The notes beneath the pieces were generated by a model. It worked only from the letters and a program-made list of their open reading frames with translations. It searched no databases and was not told the origin of the DNA. A stretch of DNA of 64,000 nt from Paramoeba atlantica (lineage: Eukaryota > Protista > Discosea): positions 310,001 to 374,000 of the forward strand of contig CDRNVI010000083.1 of assembly GCA_977017575.1 (NCBI GenBank), in the 5' to 3' direction. Of this stretch, positions 37,301 through 50,463 are shown piece after piece. Made by a program: the position numbers and the translations under genes. Within the stretch, counting starts at the first letter, position 1. Every line of letters starts with the position of its first letter.

Positions 37301-37804
37301 GCTCTGTGTGGCGATCTGGGGGCGGGGGAGCAGGAAAGCGCCTTAGCATAAGTAAGCGAAGTGTCAGTTGACGAAAGCTTTTCCACCCTTTGCATTTGTT
37401 TTAAGATAGGCGAGGGGTTATCGGATCTTAGCGACGTGTTAGCCCTCACCCGCGCTCTCCGGGATAACGTGTGCATGCTGGTACGTGGAGGTGGTGGCGA
37501 AAAGGGATGCGCAGGCGGCGGTGGCGGACATGTTCTCATTTTACACCGTACGGATGCTGACGTTGATGGTGGTGATGGCGTCGTCGGCGGTGGCGGCCGT
37601 GGTGGTGATTGTTCGGGTGATTGTTCGAGCGGCGGGGGTGGTGACGGTGGTGGTTGTGGGGTGGGCTTCTCTTTCTTCTTCCGGCGTGTGGGGGGAAGCG
37701 ACTGGACAATGGGAGCTACCCCGGCATCCTTCGCCTTGGCACGCGTCAGCATGCCCATTTTCGGAAAAAGAGTAGGAAAAAAAAACAACAAGGTACAGAA
37801 GGTT
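34334..37804 (-). mobile_element. Element B copy 2
   Basis: Near-identical to copy 1 at +3928. Confidence 0.93.
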
Positions 37805-38261
37805 GTTAAGACCCTTTCTTTTGTTAAGACCCCTTCTATTGTTAAGACCCTTTCTTTTGTTAAGACCCTTTCTTTTGTTAAGACCCTTTCTTTTGTTAAG
37901 ACCCTTTCTTTTGTTAAGACCCTTTCTTTTGTTATGACCCTTTCTTTTGTTAAGACCCTTTCTTTTGTTAAGACCCTTTCTTTTGTTAAGACCCTTTCTT
38001 TTGTTAAGACCCTTTCTTTTGTTAAGACCCTTTCTTTTGTTAAGACCCTTTCTTTTGTTAAGACCCTTTCTTTTGTTAAGACCCTTTCTTTTGTTAAGAC
38101 CCTTTCTTTTGTTAAGACCCTTTCTTTTGTTAAGACCCTTTCTTTTGTTAAGACCCTTTCTTTTGTTAAGACCCTTTCTTTTGTTAAGACCCTTTCTTTT
38201 GTTAAGACCCTTTCTTTTGTTAAGACCCTTTCTTTTGTTAAGACCCTTTCTTTTGTTAAGA
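37805..38261. repeat. S1 spacer, 457 bp
   Basis: Same variant pattern as the previous spacer. Confidence 0.97.
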
Positions 38262-41200
38262 GGGCACTAATCTGGTGGAGGAGGCCAGCGACGTGTAACT
38301 TCCTTTAGCACTTGTAGCTCGTAATATGTCGGCTTGGCGTGGTTCTTCCATCAATTTGTCGCGTATGTATTTGTGGTGCAGGTCTTCTGTTGTTGGTTCA
38401 TCGGCGGAAGGGTTATTATGATTTGGCTGAGTAGTTAGCTGTGTGGCCAAACCCGTGCAAGGGGCGGGAGCTGAAAGATATATTGGTCGCTCCGTTGCCA
38501 TTTGCTTGGATTTAGTATACGCTGCTTCCCTAATTGGTTCGGAAGGAGTGATACCTAACCCGCCTTTCTTAAGAGGAAGCCGTGTCCATGAGATTTGTTT
38601 TTCTGTTAGTCCGCCAAACCATGAGGAAAGAGTGTTGGAAACTTCTCCGTCAAATTGTCTCGTGAGCTCCGATGTATTTTCCGGATGATGTACGCGGATA
38701 TGATATCGGTGGCGTACATTAATGCACTTGGAAAGCAAAAGAACAGAAACATTGTTTGCCCCCATTTGCTGAAGACGTCGGAATGCTGTACGGTGTTTTT
38801 GAAGCATCTGAACGAGTTTTTCGCTGACCAGATGACTGTCGCCCACGAATGCTCCTAGAACCTTTGTGGCGCCTGGCTCCCAGTTTACACCTTCCTGCAT
38901 TAACTGATGCGGCAAAGGGATATGATTGATTCCCCCGAACCAAATACATTTACTGGAGGAAGTCTCTACGCGTTTCGACGTCAACAGTTCCTTAAGCCGT
39001 AAGAATGCATTGGATACCATTTCTGCGTCAGTCGATGCAAAATTGATGTCATCAACGAATGCATAAATACGTAGCGTGGGAAATTCGGACGCGATTGTTT
39101 CCAAGATTGGTTGAAGAAAAGCGCAGAACAAGATAGTGGATAAGGGGGACCCTTGGCGCACGCCAGCAGCGCTCATTACAGTGTTGCAAAGTCGGCCATC
39201 TTTTCCATAGTAAAGCAGCTCGGATGGAGACCCGTACTCCGCATTGAAGAGACGTAAGAATGGACGTAGGCTGTGGAATCCAAAGACTGCTCTGGCAATC
39301 TCGTCCCGTGATGGGGAGTTGAAGGCGTTCTTAAGGTCAATCGATAAGATGGCGCATCCTTCCGCGTAGCGTTCATCAAGTTCCTGCACAACTTTTTCGC
39401 AGCCGGATTTAATCATCACTCCGAACTGATGTGGCGAAAACAGAGGGGGTAATGTTTTCTCGTGGCGCTGTAGTAATACAATTTCGGCGATTTTGAGCCA
39501 CACCTCACCGACGGCAATCGGTCGAATTCCTTGCGCTGTTTTCGGAATTGCGACGAGTCGCGCTCTTTTAAGACGCTTCATTACTTCTTCAGGCAGTACC
39601 CCGTTGATCAGGTCTGTGAACATATGAGTTAAGCTCAAACAGCAAACCTCATCGTCCAGGAGAATACGTAGTATCGAGTCCGTCGTACCCGTAGGCCCCG
39701 GTGAAGCACCTTTCGCGAGTCGTCTGCCAGCCTCTCTCAGCTCGCTGGGGGTAATGCATGCGGTGATAGGGGCGTCTTGTGGCAATCGGAAACTCGTTGG
39801 GAGATTCGGGTGGAGTGCTATGAGTTTTTCCACGATTTCTTCGTCGCTTTGTGATTTCGCCGTAATTTCTCGGTCCATAATTTGCGAAGCTTTCGAGACA
39901 CACCCGTCGAGGACCAGGCTTGTCGCCTTTTTAATAGCGCGTTTATCGTTCGCGTCAGCGTTCGGTACAGTTCCTTCTGATCTTTGTAATTCATGATTCT
40001 CTTGCGATGATTCTTGATCGTCATGTGAGTCCAATGGACGGCGACGGCGGCGCTTCACCGTAACTTTTCGAATAGTTGCCAGAGAGTATTTCATGGCAGA
40101 GAGAACTCTATGCCAGATGCGGTAGCGGTGTGGATAAGAACTATCGGCATATTCCCGCATTATGTCGCGATAAATCGCAACGACGCAAGGAATATATTCT
40201 GGAGACACTGTGCGTAATGTCGGCATCGGTTCGCGATCGAGATCGTCCTCAGTATGTTGTCGGCGCGAGTACGTTTTACTCGGTTCGCTATTCTGTTGTA
40301 CGCGCGGTTCCCACAACAGTCGAAAGATGCGAACGTTGGAATGAGGGGGAATATGCCCATCAAACACCTCACCAATATTGTGTCCAATGATGCCTTCGTA
40401 ACTTAACGCTAGTTTTCGAACGTTTCGCACTTTCCGAGATGTTTTAACAGTGCCACTCGATACGTTTAGGATGGGCGTGCAGTCAAAGCTCCATGCTACC
40501 AGGCACCGATCCCCTGGCTTCGCGTTGTGAGACAATCTGGATACTTCGTCCGGGGGAATGGGAAAGTGAACAGCAGGATCAATTTCTTGACACATGGAGT
40601 TGGCAAGAATTGTCAACGACTCACTCGAAGATAGTGCCAGCGTCTTTGCTGAAGCAGTGTCGTCAGCGTTTCCTTCGCAGTCGAAAAATTGTTCTGGTTC
40701 TTCACTGTCGTTATGGTTATTGTTTTCCGACGGCGGGTTCTCGTGGTGTCCTTCCTCTTCTGCATCTATCTGCTAATTCCTCTATCTGCTAAAACTGGTG
40801 CGTTTACCGTCGCTTTCTTGCCGCGTCGACAAAAAAGGTTCGAAAACAGGTCCTTCGAAAACAATTTCGCGAGTATTTTAACCGTTGCTTTGTTCGCTGG
40901 AGTTGGCGGGGGGAGCGGTGGAGGGAGAAGTGGGGTATGCGGCTGGGGGGTATGAGACTCAGTTGTGATACGCGACTCGATGACTTCCTCCGGAAGAGGC
41001 GACGTGTTACACGGCTCAGAAATTCTATGCGACTCGATGTCCTGTGCAGCGGGGAGTTTCGCTAGCCTTTCTTGGCGTAAAGCTTCGTGAAATTCCCAGC
41101 GAGCTTGTTTGCGCTCTTTTCTTTGGAGGTAGAATTCTTCGTCAGAAAGAATCCGAGCTGACGGATTTAGCGGCCGCAGAACTATATCATTGATCGGTAC

Positions 41201-41729
41201 CTCTGCGTCTTCTTCTCTAACGGCACCGGCTCTGTGTGGCGATCTGGGGGCGGGGGAGCAGGAAAGCGCCTTAGCATAAGTAAGCGAAGTGTCAGTTGAC
41301 GAAAGCTTTTCCACCCTTTGCATTTGTTTTAAGATAGGCGAGGGGTTATCGGATCTTAGCGACGTGTTAGCCCTCACCCGCGCTCTCCGGGATAACGTGT
41401 GCATGCTGGTACGTGGAGGTGGTGGCGAAAAGGGATGCGCAGGCGGCGGTGGCGGACATGTTCTCATTTTACACCGTACGGATGCTGACGTTGGTGGTGA
41501 TGGCGTCGTCGGCGGTGGCGGCCGTGGTGGTGATTGTTCGGGTGATTGTTCGAGCGGCGGGGGTGGTGACGGTGGTGGTTGTGGGGTGGGCTTCTCTTTC
41601 TTCTTCCGGCGTGTGGGGGGAAGCGACTGGACAATGGGAGCTACCCCGGCATCCTTCGCCTTGGCACGCGTCAGCATGCCCATTTTCGGAAAAAGAGTAG
41701 GAAAAAAAAACAACAAGGTACAGAAGGTT
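38262..41729 (-). mobile_element. Element B copy 3 (3-bp deletion in the Pro-rich ORF)
   Basis: Near-identical; ORF is 316 aa versus 317 aa. Confidence 0.93.
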
Positions 41730-42204
41730 GTTAAGACCCTTTCTTTTGTTAAGACCCCTTCTATTGTTAAGACCCTTTCTTTTGTTAAGACCCTTTCTTT
41801 TGTTAAGACCCTTTCTTTTGTTAAGACCCTTTCTTTTGTTAAGACCCTTTCTTTTGTTATGACCCTTTCTTTTGTTAAGACCCTTTCTTTTGTTAAGACC
41901 CTTTCTTTTGTTAAGACCCTTTCTTTTGTTAAGACCCTTTCTTTTGTTAAGACCCTTTCTTTTGTTAAGACCCTTTCTTTTGTTAAGACCCTTTCTTTTG
42001 TTAAGACCCTTTCTTTTGTTAAGACCCTTTCTTTTGTTAAGACCCTTTCTTTTGTTAAGACCCTTTCTTTTGTTAAGACCCTTTCTTTTGTTAAGACCCT
42101 TTCTTTTGTTAAGACCCTTTCTTTTGTTAAGACCCTTTCTTTTGTTAAGACCCTTTCTTTTGTTAAGACCCTTTCTTTTGTTAAGACCCTTTCTTTTGTT
42201 AAGA
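41730..42204. repeat. S1 spacer, 475 bp
   Basis: 26 units plus 7 nt. Confidence 0.97.
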
Positions 42205-45200
42205 GGGCACTAATCTGGTGGAGGAGGCCAGCGACATGTAACTTCCTTTAGCACTTGTAGCTCGTAATATGTCGGCTTGGCGTGGTTCTTCCATCAATTT
42301 GTCGCGTATGTATTTGTGGTGCAGGTCTTCTGTTGTTGGTTCATCGGCGGAAGGGTTATTATGATTTGGCTGAGTAGTTAGCTGTGTGGCCAAACCCGTG
42401 CAAGGGGCGGGAGCTGAAAGATATATTGGTCGCTCCTTTGCCATTTGCTTGGATTTAGTATACGCTGCTTCCCTAATTGGTTCGGAAGGAGTGATACCTA
42501 ACCCGCCTTTCTTAAGAGGAAGCCGTGTCCATGAGATTTGTTTTTCTGTTAGTCCGCCAAACCATGAGGAAAGAGTGTTGGAAACTTCTCCGTCAAATTG
42601 TCTCGTGAGCTCCGATGTATTTTCCGGATGATGTACGCGGATATGATATCGGTGGCGTACATTAATGCACTTGGAAAGCAAAAGAACAGAAACATTGTTT
42701 GCCCCCATTTGCTGAAGACGTCGGAATGCTGTACGGTGTTTTTGAAGCATCTGAACGAGTTTTTCGCTGACCAGATGACTGTCGCCCACGAATGCTCCTA
42801 GAACCTTTGTGGCGCCTGGCTCCCAGTTTACACCTTCCTGCATTAACTGATGCGGCAAAGGGATATGATTGATTCCCCCGAACCAAATACATTTACTGGA
42901 GGAAGTCTCTACGCGTTTCGACGTCAACAGTTCCTTAAGCCGTAAGAATGCATTGGATACCATTTCTGCGTCAGTCGATGCAAAATTGATGTCATCAACG
43001 AATGCATAAATACGTAGCGTGGGAAATTCGGACGCGATTGTTTCCAAGATTGGTTGAAGAAAAGCGCAGAACAAGATAGTGGATAAGGGGGACCCTTGGC
43101 GCACGCCAGCAGCGCTCATTACAGTGTTGCAAAGTCGGCCATCTTTTCCATAGTAAAGCAGCTCGGATGGAGACCCGTACTCCGCATTGAAGAGACGTAA
43201 GAATGGACGTAGGCTGTGGAATCCAAAGACTGCTCTGGCAATCTCGTCCCGTGATGGGGAGTTGAAGGCGTTCTTAAGGTCAATCGATAAGATGGCGCAT
43301 CCTTCCGCGTAGCGTTCATCAAGTTCCTGCACAACTTTTTCGCAGCCGGATTTAATCATCACTCCGAACTGATGTGGCGAAAACAGAGGGGGTAATGTTT
43401 TCTCGTGGCGCTGTAGTAATACAATTTCGGCGATTTTGAGCCACACCTCACCGACGGCAATCGGTCGAATTCCTTGCGCTGTTTTCGGAATTGCGACGAG
43501 TCGCGCTCTTTTAAGACGCTTCATTACTTCTTCAGGCAGTACCCCGTTGATCAGGTCTGTGAACATATGAGTTAAGCTCAAACAGCAAACCTCATCGTCC
43601 AGGAGAATACGTAGTATCGAGTCCGTCGTACCCGTAGGCCCCGGTGAAGCACCTTTCGCGAGTCGTCTGCCAGCCTCTCTCAGCTCGCTGGGGGTAATGC
43701 ATGCGGTGATAGGGGCGTCTTGTGGCAATCGGAAACTCGTTGGGAGATTCGGGTGGAGTGCTATGAGTTTTTCCACGATTTCTTCGTCGCTTTGTGATTT
43801 CGCCGTAATTTCTCGGTCCATAATTTGCGAAGCTTTCGAGACACACCCGTCGAGGACCAGGCTTGTCGCCTTTTTAATAGCGCGTTTATCGTTCGCGTCA
43901 GCGTTCGGTACAGTTCCTTCTGATCTTTGTAATTCATGATTCTCTTGCGATGATTCTTGATCGTCATGTGAGTCCAATGGACGGCGACGGCGGCGCTTCA
44001 CCGTAACTTTTCGAATAGTTGCCAGAGAGTATTTCATGGCAGAGAGAACTCTATGCCAGATGCGGTAGCGGTGTGGATAAGAACTATCGGCATATTCCCG
44101 CATTATGTCGCGATAAATCGCAACGACGCAAGGAATATATTCTGGAGACACTGTGCGTAATGTCGGCATCGGTTCGCGATCGAGATCGTCCTCAGTATGT
44201 TGTCGGCGCGAGTACGTTTTACTCGGTTCGCTATTCTGTTGTACGCGCGGTTCCCACAACAGTCGAAAGATGCGAACGTTGGAATGAGGGGGAATATGCC
44301 CATCAAACACCTCACCAATATTGTGTCCAATGATGCCTTCGTAACTTAACGCTAGTTTTCGAACGTTTCGCACTTTCCGAGATGTTTTAACAGTGCCACT
44401 CGATACGTTTAGGATGGGCGTGCAGTCAAAGCTCCATGCTACCAGGCACCGATCCCCTGGCTTCGCGTTGTGAGACAATCTGGATACTTCGTCCGGGGGA
44501 ATGGGAAAGTGAACAGCAGGATCAATTTCTTGACACATGGAGTTGGCAAGAATTGTCAACGACTCACTCGAAGATAGTGCCAGCGTCTTTGCTGAAGCAG
44601 TGTCGTCAGCGTTTCCTTCGCAGTCGAAAAATTGTTCTGGTTCTTCACTGTCGTTATGGTTATTGTTTTCCGACGGCGGGTTCTCGTGGTGTCCTTCCTC
44701 TTCTGCATCTATCTGCTAATTCCTCTATCTGCTAAAACTGGTGCGTTTACCGTCGCTTTCTTGCCGCGTCGACAAAAAAGGTTCGAAAACAGGTCCTTCG
44801 AAAACAATTTCGCGGGTATTTTAACCGTTGCTTTGTTCGCTGGAGTTGGCGGGGGGAGCGGTGGAGGGAGAAGTGGGGTATGCGGCTGGGGGGTATGAGA
44901 CTCAGTTGTGATACGCGACTCGATGACTTCCTCCGGAAGAGGCGACGTGTTACACGGCTCAGAAATTCTATGCGACTCGATGTCCTGTGCAGAGGGGAGT
45001 TTCGCTAGCCTTTCTTGGCGTAAAGCTTCGTGAAATTCCCAGCGAGCTTGTTTGCGCTCTTTTCTTTGGAGGTAGAATTCTTCGTCAGAAAGAATCCGAG
45101 CTGACGGATTTAGCGGCCGCAGAACTATATCATTGATCGGTACCTCTGCGTCTTCTTCTCTAACGGCACCGGCTCTGTGTGGCGATCTGGGGGCGGGGGA

Positions 45201-45675
45201 GCAGGAAAGCGCCTTAGCATAAGTAAGCGAAGTGTCAGTTGACGAAAGCTTTTCCACCCTTTGCATTTGTTTTAAGATAGGCGAGGGGTTATCGGATCTT
45301 AGCGACGTGTTAGCCCTCACCCGCGCTCTCCGGGATAACGTGTGCATGCTGGTACGTGGAGGTGGTGGCGAAAAGGGATGCGCAGGCGGCGGTGGCGGAC
45401 ATGTTCTCATTTTACACCGTACGGATGCTGACGTTGATGGTGGTGATGGCGTCGTCGGCGGTGGCGGCCGTGGTGGTGATTGTTCGGGTGATTGTTCGAG
45501 CGGCGGGGGTGGTGACGGTGGTGGTTGTGGGGTGGGCTTCTCTTTCTTCTTCCGGCGTGTGGGGGGAGGCGACTGGACAATGGGAGCTACCCCGGCATCC
45601 TTCGCCTTGGCACGCGTCAGCATGCCCATTTTCGGAAAAAGAGTAGGAAAAAAAAACAACAAGGTACAGAAGGTT
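42205..45675 (-). mobile_element. Element B copy 4
   Basis: Near-identical; a few SNPs. Confidence 0.93.
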
Positions 45676-46708
45676 GTTAAGACCCTTTCTTTTGTTAAGA
45701 CCCCTTCTATTGTTAAGACCCTTTCTTTTGTTAAGACCCTTTCTTTTGTTAAGACCCTTTCTTTTGTTAACACCCTTTCTTTTGTTAAGACCCTTTCTTT
45801 TGTTAAGACCCTTTCTTTTGTTAACACCCTTTCTTTTGTTAAGACCCTTTCTTTTGTTAAGACCCTTTCTTTTGTTAAGACCCTTTCTTTTGTTAAGACC
45901 CTTTCTTTTGTTAAGACCCTTTCTTTTGTTAAGACCCTTTCTTTTGTTAAGACCCTTTCTTTTGTTAAGACCCTTTCTTTTGTTAAGACCCTTTCTTTTG
46001 TTAAGACCCTTTCTTTTGTTAAGACCCTTTCCTTTGTTAAGACCCTTTCTTTTGTTAAGACCTTTTCTTTTTTTAAGACCCTTTCTTTTTTTAAGACCCT
46101 TTCTTTTGTTAAGACCCTTTCTTTTGTTAAGACCCTTTCTTTTGTTAAGACCCTTTCTTTTGTTAAGACCCTTTCTTTTGTTAAGACCCTTTCTTTTGTT
46201 AAGACCCTTTCTTTTGTGAAGACCCTTTCTTTTGTTAAGACCCTTTCTTTTGTTAAGACCCTTTCTTTTGTTAAGACCCTTTCTTTTGTTAAGACCCTTT
46301 CTTTTGTTAAGACCCTTTCTTTTGTTAAGACCCTTTCTTTTGTTAAGACCCTTTCTTTTGTTAAGACCCTTTCTTTTGTTAAGACCCTTTCTTTTGTTAA
46401 GACCCTTTCTTTTGTTAAGACCCTTTCTTTTGTTAAGACCCTTTCTTTTGTTAAGACCCTTTCTTTTGTTAAGACCCTTTCTTTTGTTAAGACCCTTTCT
46501 TTTGTTAAGACCCTTTCTTTTGTTAAGACCCTTTCTTTTGTTAAGACCCTTTCTTTTGTTAAGACCCTTTCTTTTGTTAAGACCCTTTCTTTTGTTAAGA
46601 CCCTTTCTTTTGTTAAGACCCTTTCTTTTGTTAAGACCCTTTCTTTTGTTAAGACCCTTTCTTTTGTTAAGACCCTTTCTTTTGTTAAGACCCTTTCTTT
46701 TGTTAAGA
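45676..46708. repeat. S1 spacer, 1033 bp
   Basis: 57 units plus 7 nt. Confidence 0.97.
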
Positions 46709-49700
46709 GGGCACTAATCTGGTGGAGGAGGCCAGCGACGTGTAACTTCCTTTAGCACTTGTAGCTCGTAATATGTCGGCTTGGCGTGGTTCTTCCATCA
46801 ATTTGTCGCGTATGTATTTGTGGTGCAGGTCTTCTGTTGTTGGTTCATCGGCGGAAGGGTTATTATGATTTGGCTGAGTAGTTAGCTGTGTGGCCAAACC
46901 CGTGCAAGGGGCGGGAGCTGAAAGATATATTGGTCGCTCCGTTGCCATTTGCTTGGATTTAGTATACGCTGCTTCCCTAATTGGTTCGGAAGGAGTGATA
47001 CCTAACCCGCCTTTCTTAAGAGGAAGCCGTGTCCATGAGATTTGTTTTTCTGTTAGTCCGCCAAACCATGAGGAAAGAGTGTTGGAAACTTCTCCGTCAA
47101 ATTGTCTCGTGAGCTCCGATGTATTTTCCGGATGATGTACGCGGATATGATATCGGTGGCGTACATTAATGCACTTGGAAAGCAAAAGAACAGAAACATT
47201 GTTTGCCCCCATTTGCTGAAGACGTCGGAATGCTGTACGGTGTTTTTGAAGCATCTGAACGAGTTTTTCGCTGACCAGATGACTGTCGCCCACGAATGCT
47301 CCTAGAACCTTTGTGGCGCCTGGCTCCCAGTTTACACCTTCCTGCATTAACTGATGCGGCAAAGGGATATGATTGATTCCCCCGAACCAAATACATTTAC
47401 TGGAGGAAGTCTCTACGCGTTTCGACGTCAACAGTTCCTTAAGCCGTAAGAATGCATTGGATACCATTTCTGCGTCAGTCGATGCAAAATTGATGTCATC
47501 AACGAATGCATAAATACGTAGCGTGGGAAATTCGGACGCGATTGTTTCCAAGATTGGTTGAAGAAAAGCGCAGAACAAGATAGTGGATAAGGGGGACCCT
47601 TGGCGCACGCCAGCAGCGCTCATTACAGTGTTGCAAAGTCGGCCATCTTTTCCATAGTAAAGCAGCTCGGATGGAGACCCGTACTCCGCATTGAAGAGAC
47701 GTAAGAATGGACGTAGGCTGTGGAATCCAAAGACTGCTCTGGCAATCTCGTCCCGTGATGGGGAGTTGAAGGCGTTCTTAAGGTCAATCGATAAGATGGC
47801 GCATCCTTCCGCGTAGCGTTCATCAAGTTCATGCACAACTTTTTCGCAGCCGGATTTAATCATCACTCCGAACTGATGTGGCGAAAACAGAGGGGGTAAT
47901 GTTTTCTCGTGGCGCTGTAGTAATACAATTTCGGCGATTTTGAGCCACACCTCACCGACGGCAATCGGTCGAATTCCTTGCGCTGTTTTCGGAATTGCGA
48001 CGAGTCGCGCTCTTTTAAGACGCTTCATTACTTCTTCAGGCAGTACCCCGTTGATCAGGTCTGTGAACATATGAGTTAAGCTCAAACAGCAAACCTCATC
48101 GTCCAGGAGAATACGTAGTATCGAGTCCGTCGTACCCGTAGGCCCCGGTGAAGCACCTTTCGCGAGTCGTCTGCCAGCCTCTCTCAGCTCGCTGGGGGTA
48201 ATGCATGCGGTGATAGGGGCGTCTTGTGGCAATCGGAAACTCGTTGGGAGATTCGGGTGGAGTGCTATGAGTTTTTCCACGATTTCTTCGTCGCTTTGTG
48301 ATTTCGCCGTAATTTCTCGGTCCATAATTTGCGAAGCTTTCGAGACACACCCGTCGAGGACCAGGCTTGTCGCCTTTTTAATAGCGCGTTTATCGTTCGC
48401 GTCAGCGTTCGGTACAGTTCCTTCTGATCTTTGTAATTCATGATTCTCTTGCGATGATTCTTGATCGTCATGTGAGTCCAATGGACGGCGACGGCGGCGC
48501 TTCACCGTAACTTTTCGAATAGTTGCCAGAGAGTATTTCATGGCAGAGAGAACTCTATGCCAGATGCGGTAGCGGTGTGGATAAGAACTATCGGCATATT
48601 CCCGCATTATGTCGCGATAAATCGCAACGACGCAAGGAATATATTCTGGAGACACTGTGCGTAATGTCGGCATCGGTTCGCGATCGAGATCGTCCTCAGT
48701 ATGTTGTCGGCGCGAGTACGTTTTACTCGGTTCGCTATTCTGTTGTACGCGCGGTTCCCACAACAGTCGAAAGATGCGAACGTTGGAATGAGGGGGAATA
48801 TGCCCATCAAACACCTCACCAATATTGTGTCCAATGATGCCTTCGTAACTTAACGCTAGTTTTCGAACGTTTCGCACTTTCCGAGATGTTTTAACAGTGC
48901 CACTCGATACGTTTAGGATGGGCGTGCAGTCAAAGCTCCATGCTACCAGGCACCGATCCCCTGGCTTCGCGTTGTGAGACAATCTGGATACTTCGTCCGG
49001 GGGAATGGGAAAGTGAACAGCAGGATCAATTTCTTGACACATGGAGTTGGCAAGAATTGTCAACGACTCACTCGAAGATAGTGCCAGCGTCTTTGCTGAA
49101 GCAGTGTCGTCAGCGTTTCCTTCGCAGTCGAAAAATTGTTCTGGTTCTTCACTGTCGTTATGGTTATTGTTTTCCGACGGCGGGTTCTCGTGGTGTCCTT
49201 CCTCTTCTGCATCTATCTGCTAATTCCTCTATCTGCTAAAACTGGTGCGTTTACCGTCGCTTTCTTGCCGCGTCGACAAAAAAGGTTCGAAAACAGGTCC
49301 TTCGAAAACAATTTCGCGGGTATTTTAACCGTTGCTTTGTTCGCTGGAGTTGGCGGGGGGAGCGGTGGAGGGAGAAGTGGGGTATGCGGCTGGGGGGTAT
49401 GAGACTCAGTTGTGATACGCGACTCGATGACTTCCTCCGGAAGAGGCGACGTGTTACACGGCTCAGAAATTCTATGCGACTCGATGTCCTGTGCAGAGGG
49501 GAGTTTCGCTAGCCTTTCTTGGCGTAAAGCTTCGTGAAATTCCCAGCGAGCTTGTTTGCGCTCTTTTCTTTGGAGGTAGAATTCTTCGTCAGAAAGAATC
49601 CGAGCTGACGGATTTAGCGGCCGCAGAACTATATCATTGATCGGTACCTCTGCGTCTTCTTCTCTAACGGCACCGGCTCTGTGTGGCGATCTGGGGGCGG

Positions 49701-50179
49701 GGGAGCAGGAAAGCGCCTTAGCATAAGTAAGCGAAGTGTCAGTTGACGAAAGCTTTTCCACCCTTTGCATTTGTTTTAAGATAGGCGAGGGGTTATCGGA
49801 TCTTAGCGACGTGTTAGCCCTCACCCGCGCTCTCCGGGATAACGTGTGCATGCTGGTACGTGGAGGTGGTGGCGAAAAGGGATGCGCAGGCGGCGGTGGC
49901 GGACATGTTCTCATTTTACACCGTACGGATGCTGACGTTGATGGTGGTGATGGCGTCGTCGGCGGTGGCGGCCGTGGTGGTGATTGTTCGGGTGATTGTT
50001 CGAGCGGCGGGGGTGGTGACGGTGGTGGTTGTGGGGTGGGCTTCTCTTTCTTCTTCCGGCGTGTGGGGGGAAGCGACTGGACAATGGGAGCTACCCCGGC
50101 ATCCTTCGCCTTGGCACGCGTCAGCATGCCCATTTTCGGAAAAAGAGTAGGAAAAAAAAACAACAAGGTACAGAAGGTT
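46709..50179 (-). mobile_element. Element B copy 5
   Basis: Near-identical; followed by only 24 nt of S1 (50180-50203). Confidence 0.93.
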
Positions 50180-50463
50180 GTTAAGACCCTTTCTTTTGTT
50201 AAGCATAATGTTTGCCCTCCTGAATTTCAAATCGTAAACTTATAGAAATACAATCACTATTTTACACAAGTTTACATATTATAAAGGAACCTAATATTCT
50301 GATCTGCGTATTAGGAGGAAGAGGAGGATGGGAGTAGCTCGGCTAGCGCATCGTCTTTGGCTAGGAAAGAGCAAGCAACTAGGCGGAAGAAGCAAAGTGA
50401 AAGAAGAAGCAAAGTGAGAGAAGACTGGGGGAGGGAGAGTATTCGAACACACTTAGTGACCTT

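Noticed and set aside
30196-50203. Repeat-unique-repeat pattern as a CRISPR array
   Set aside because: The intervening sequences are 3.5-kb near-identical retroelements, the repeats are tandem satellite, and there are no cas genes.
30587-50230. Many short antisense or alternate-frame ORFs repeated in each B copy (and similar ones over A, C, F, G and H)
   Set aside because: They are shadows of the retroelement frames with no motifs of their own.
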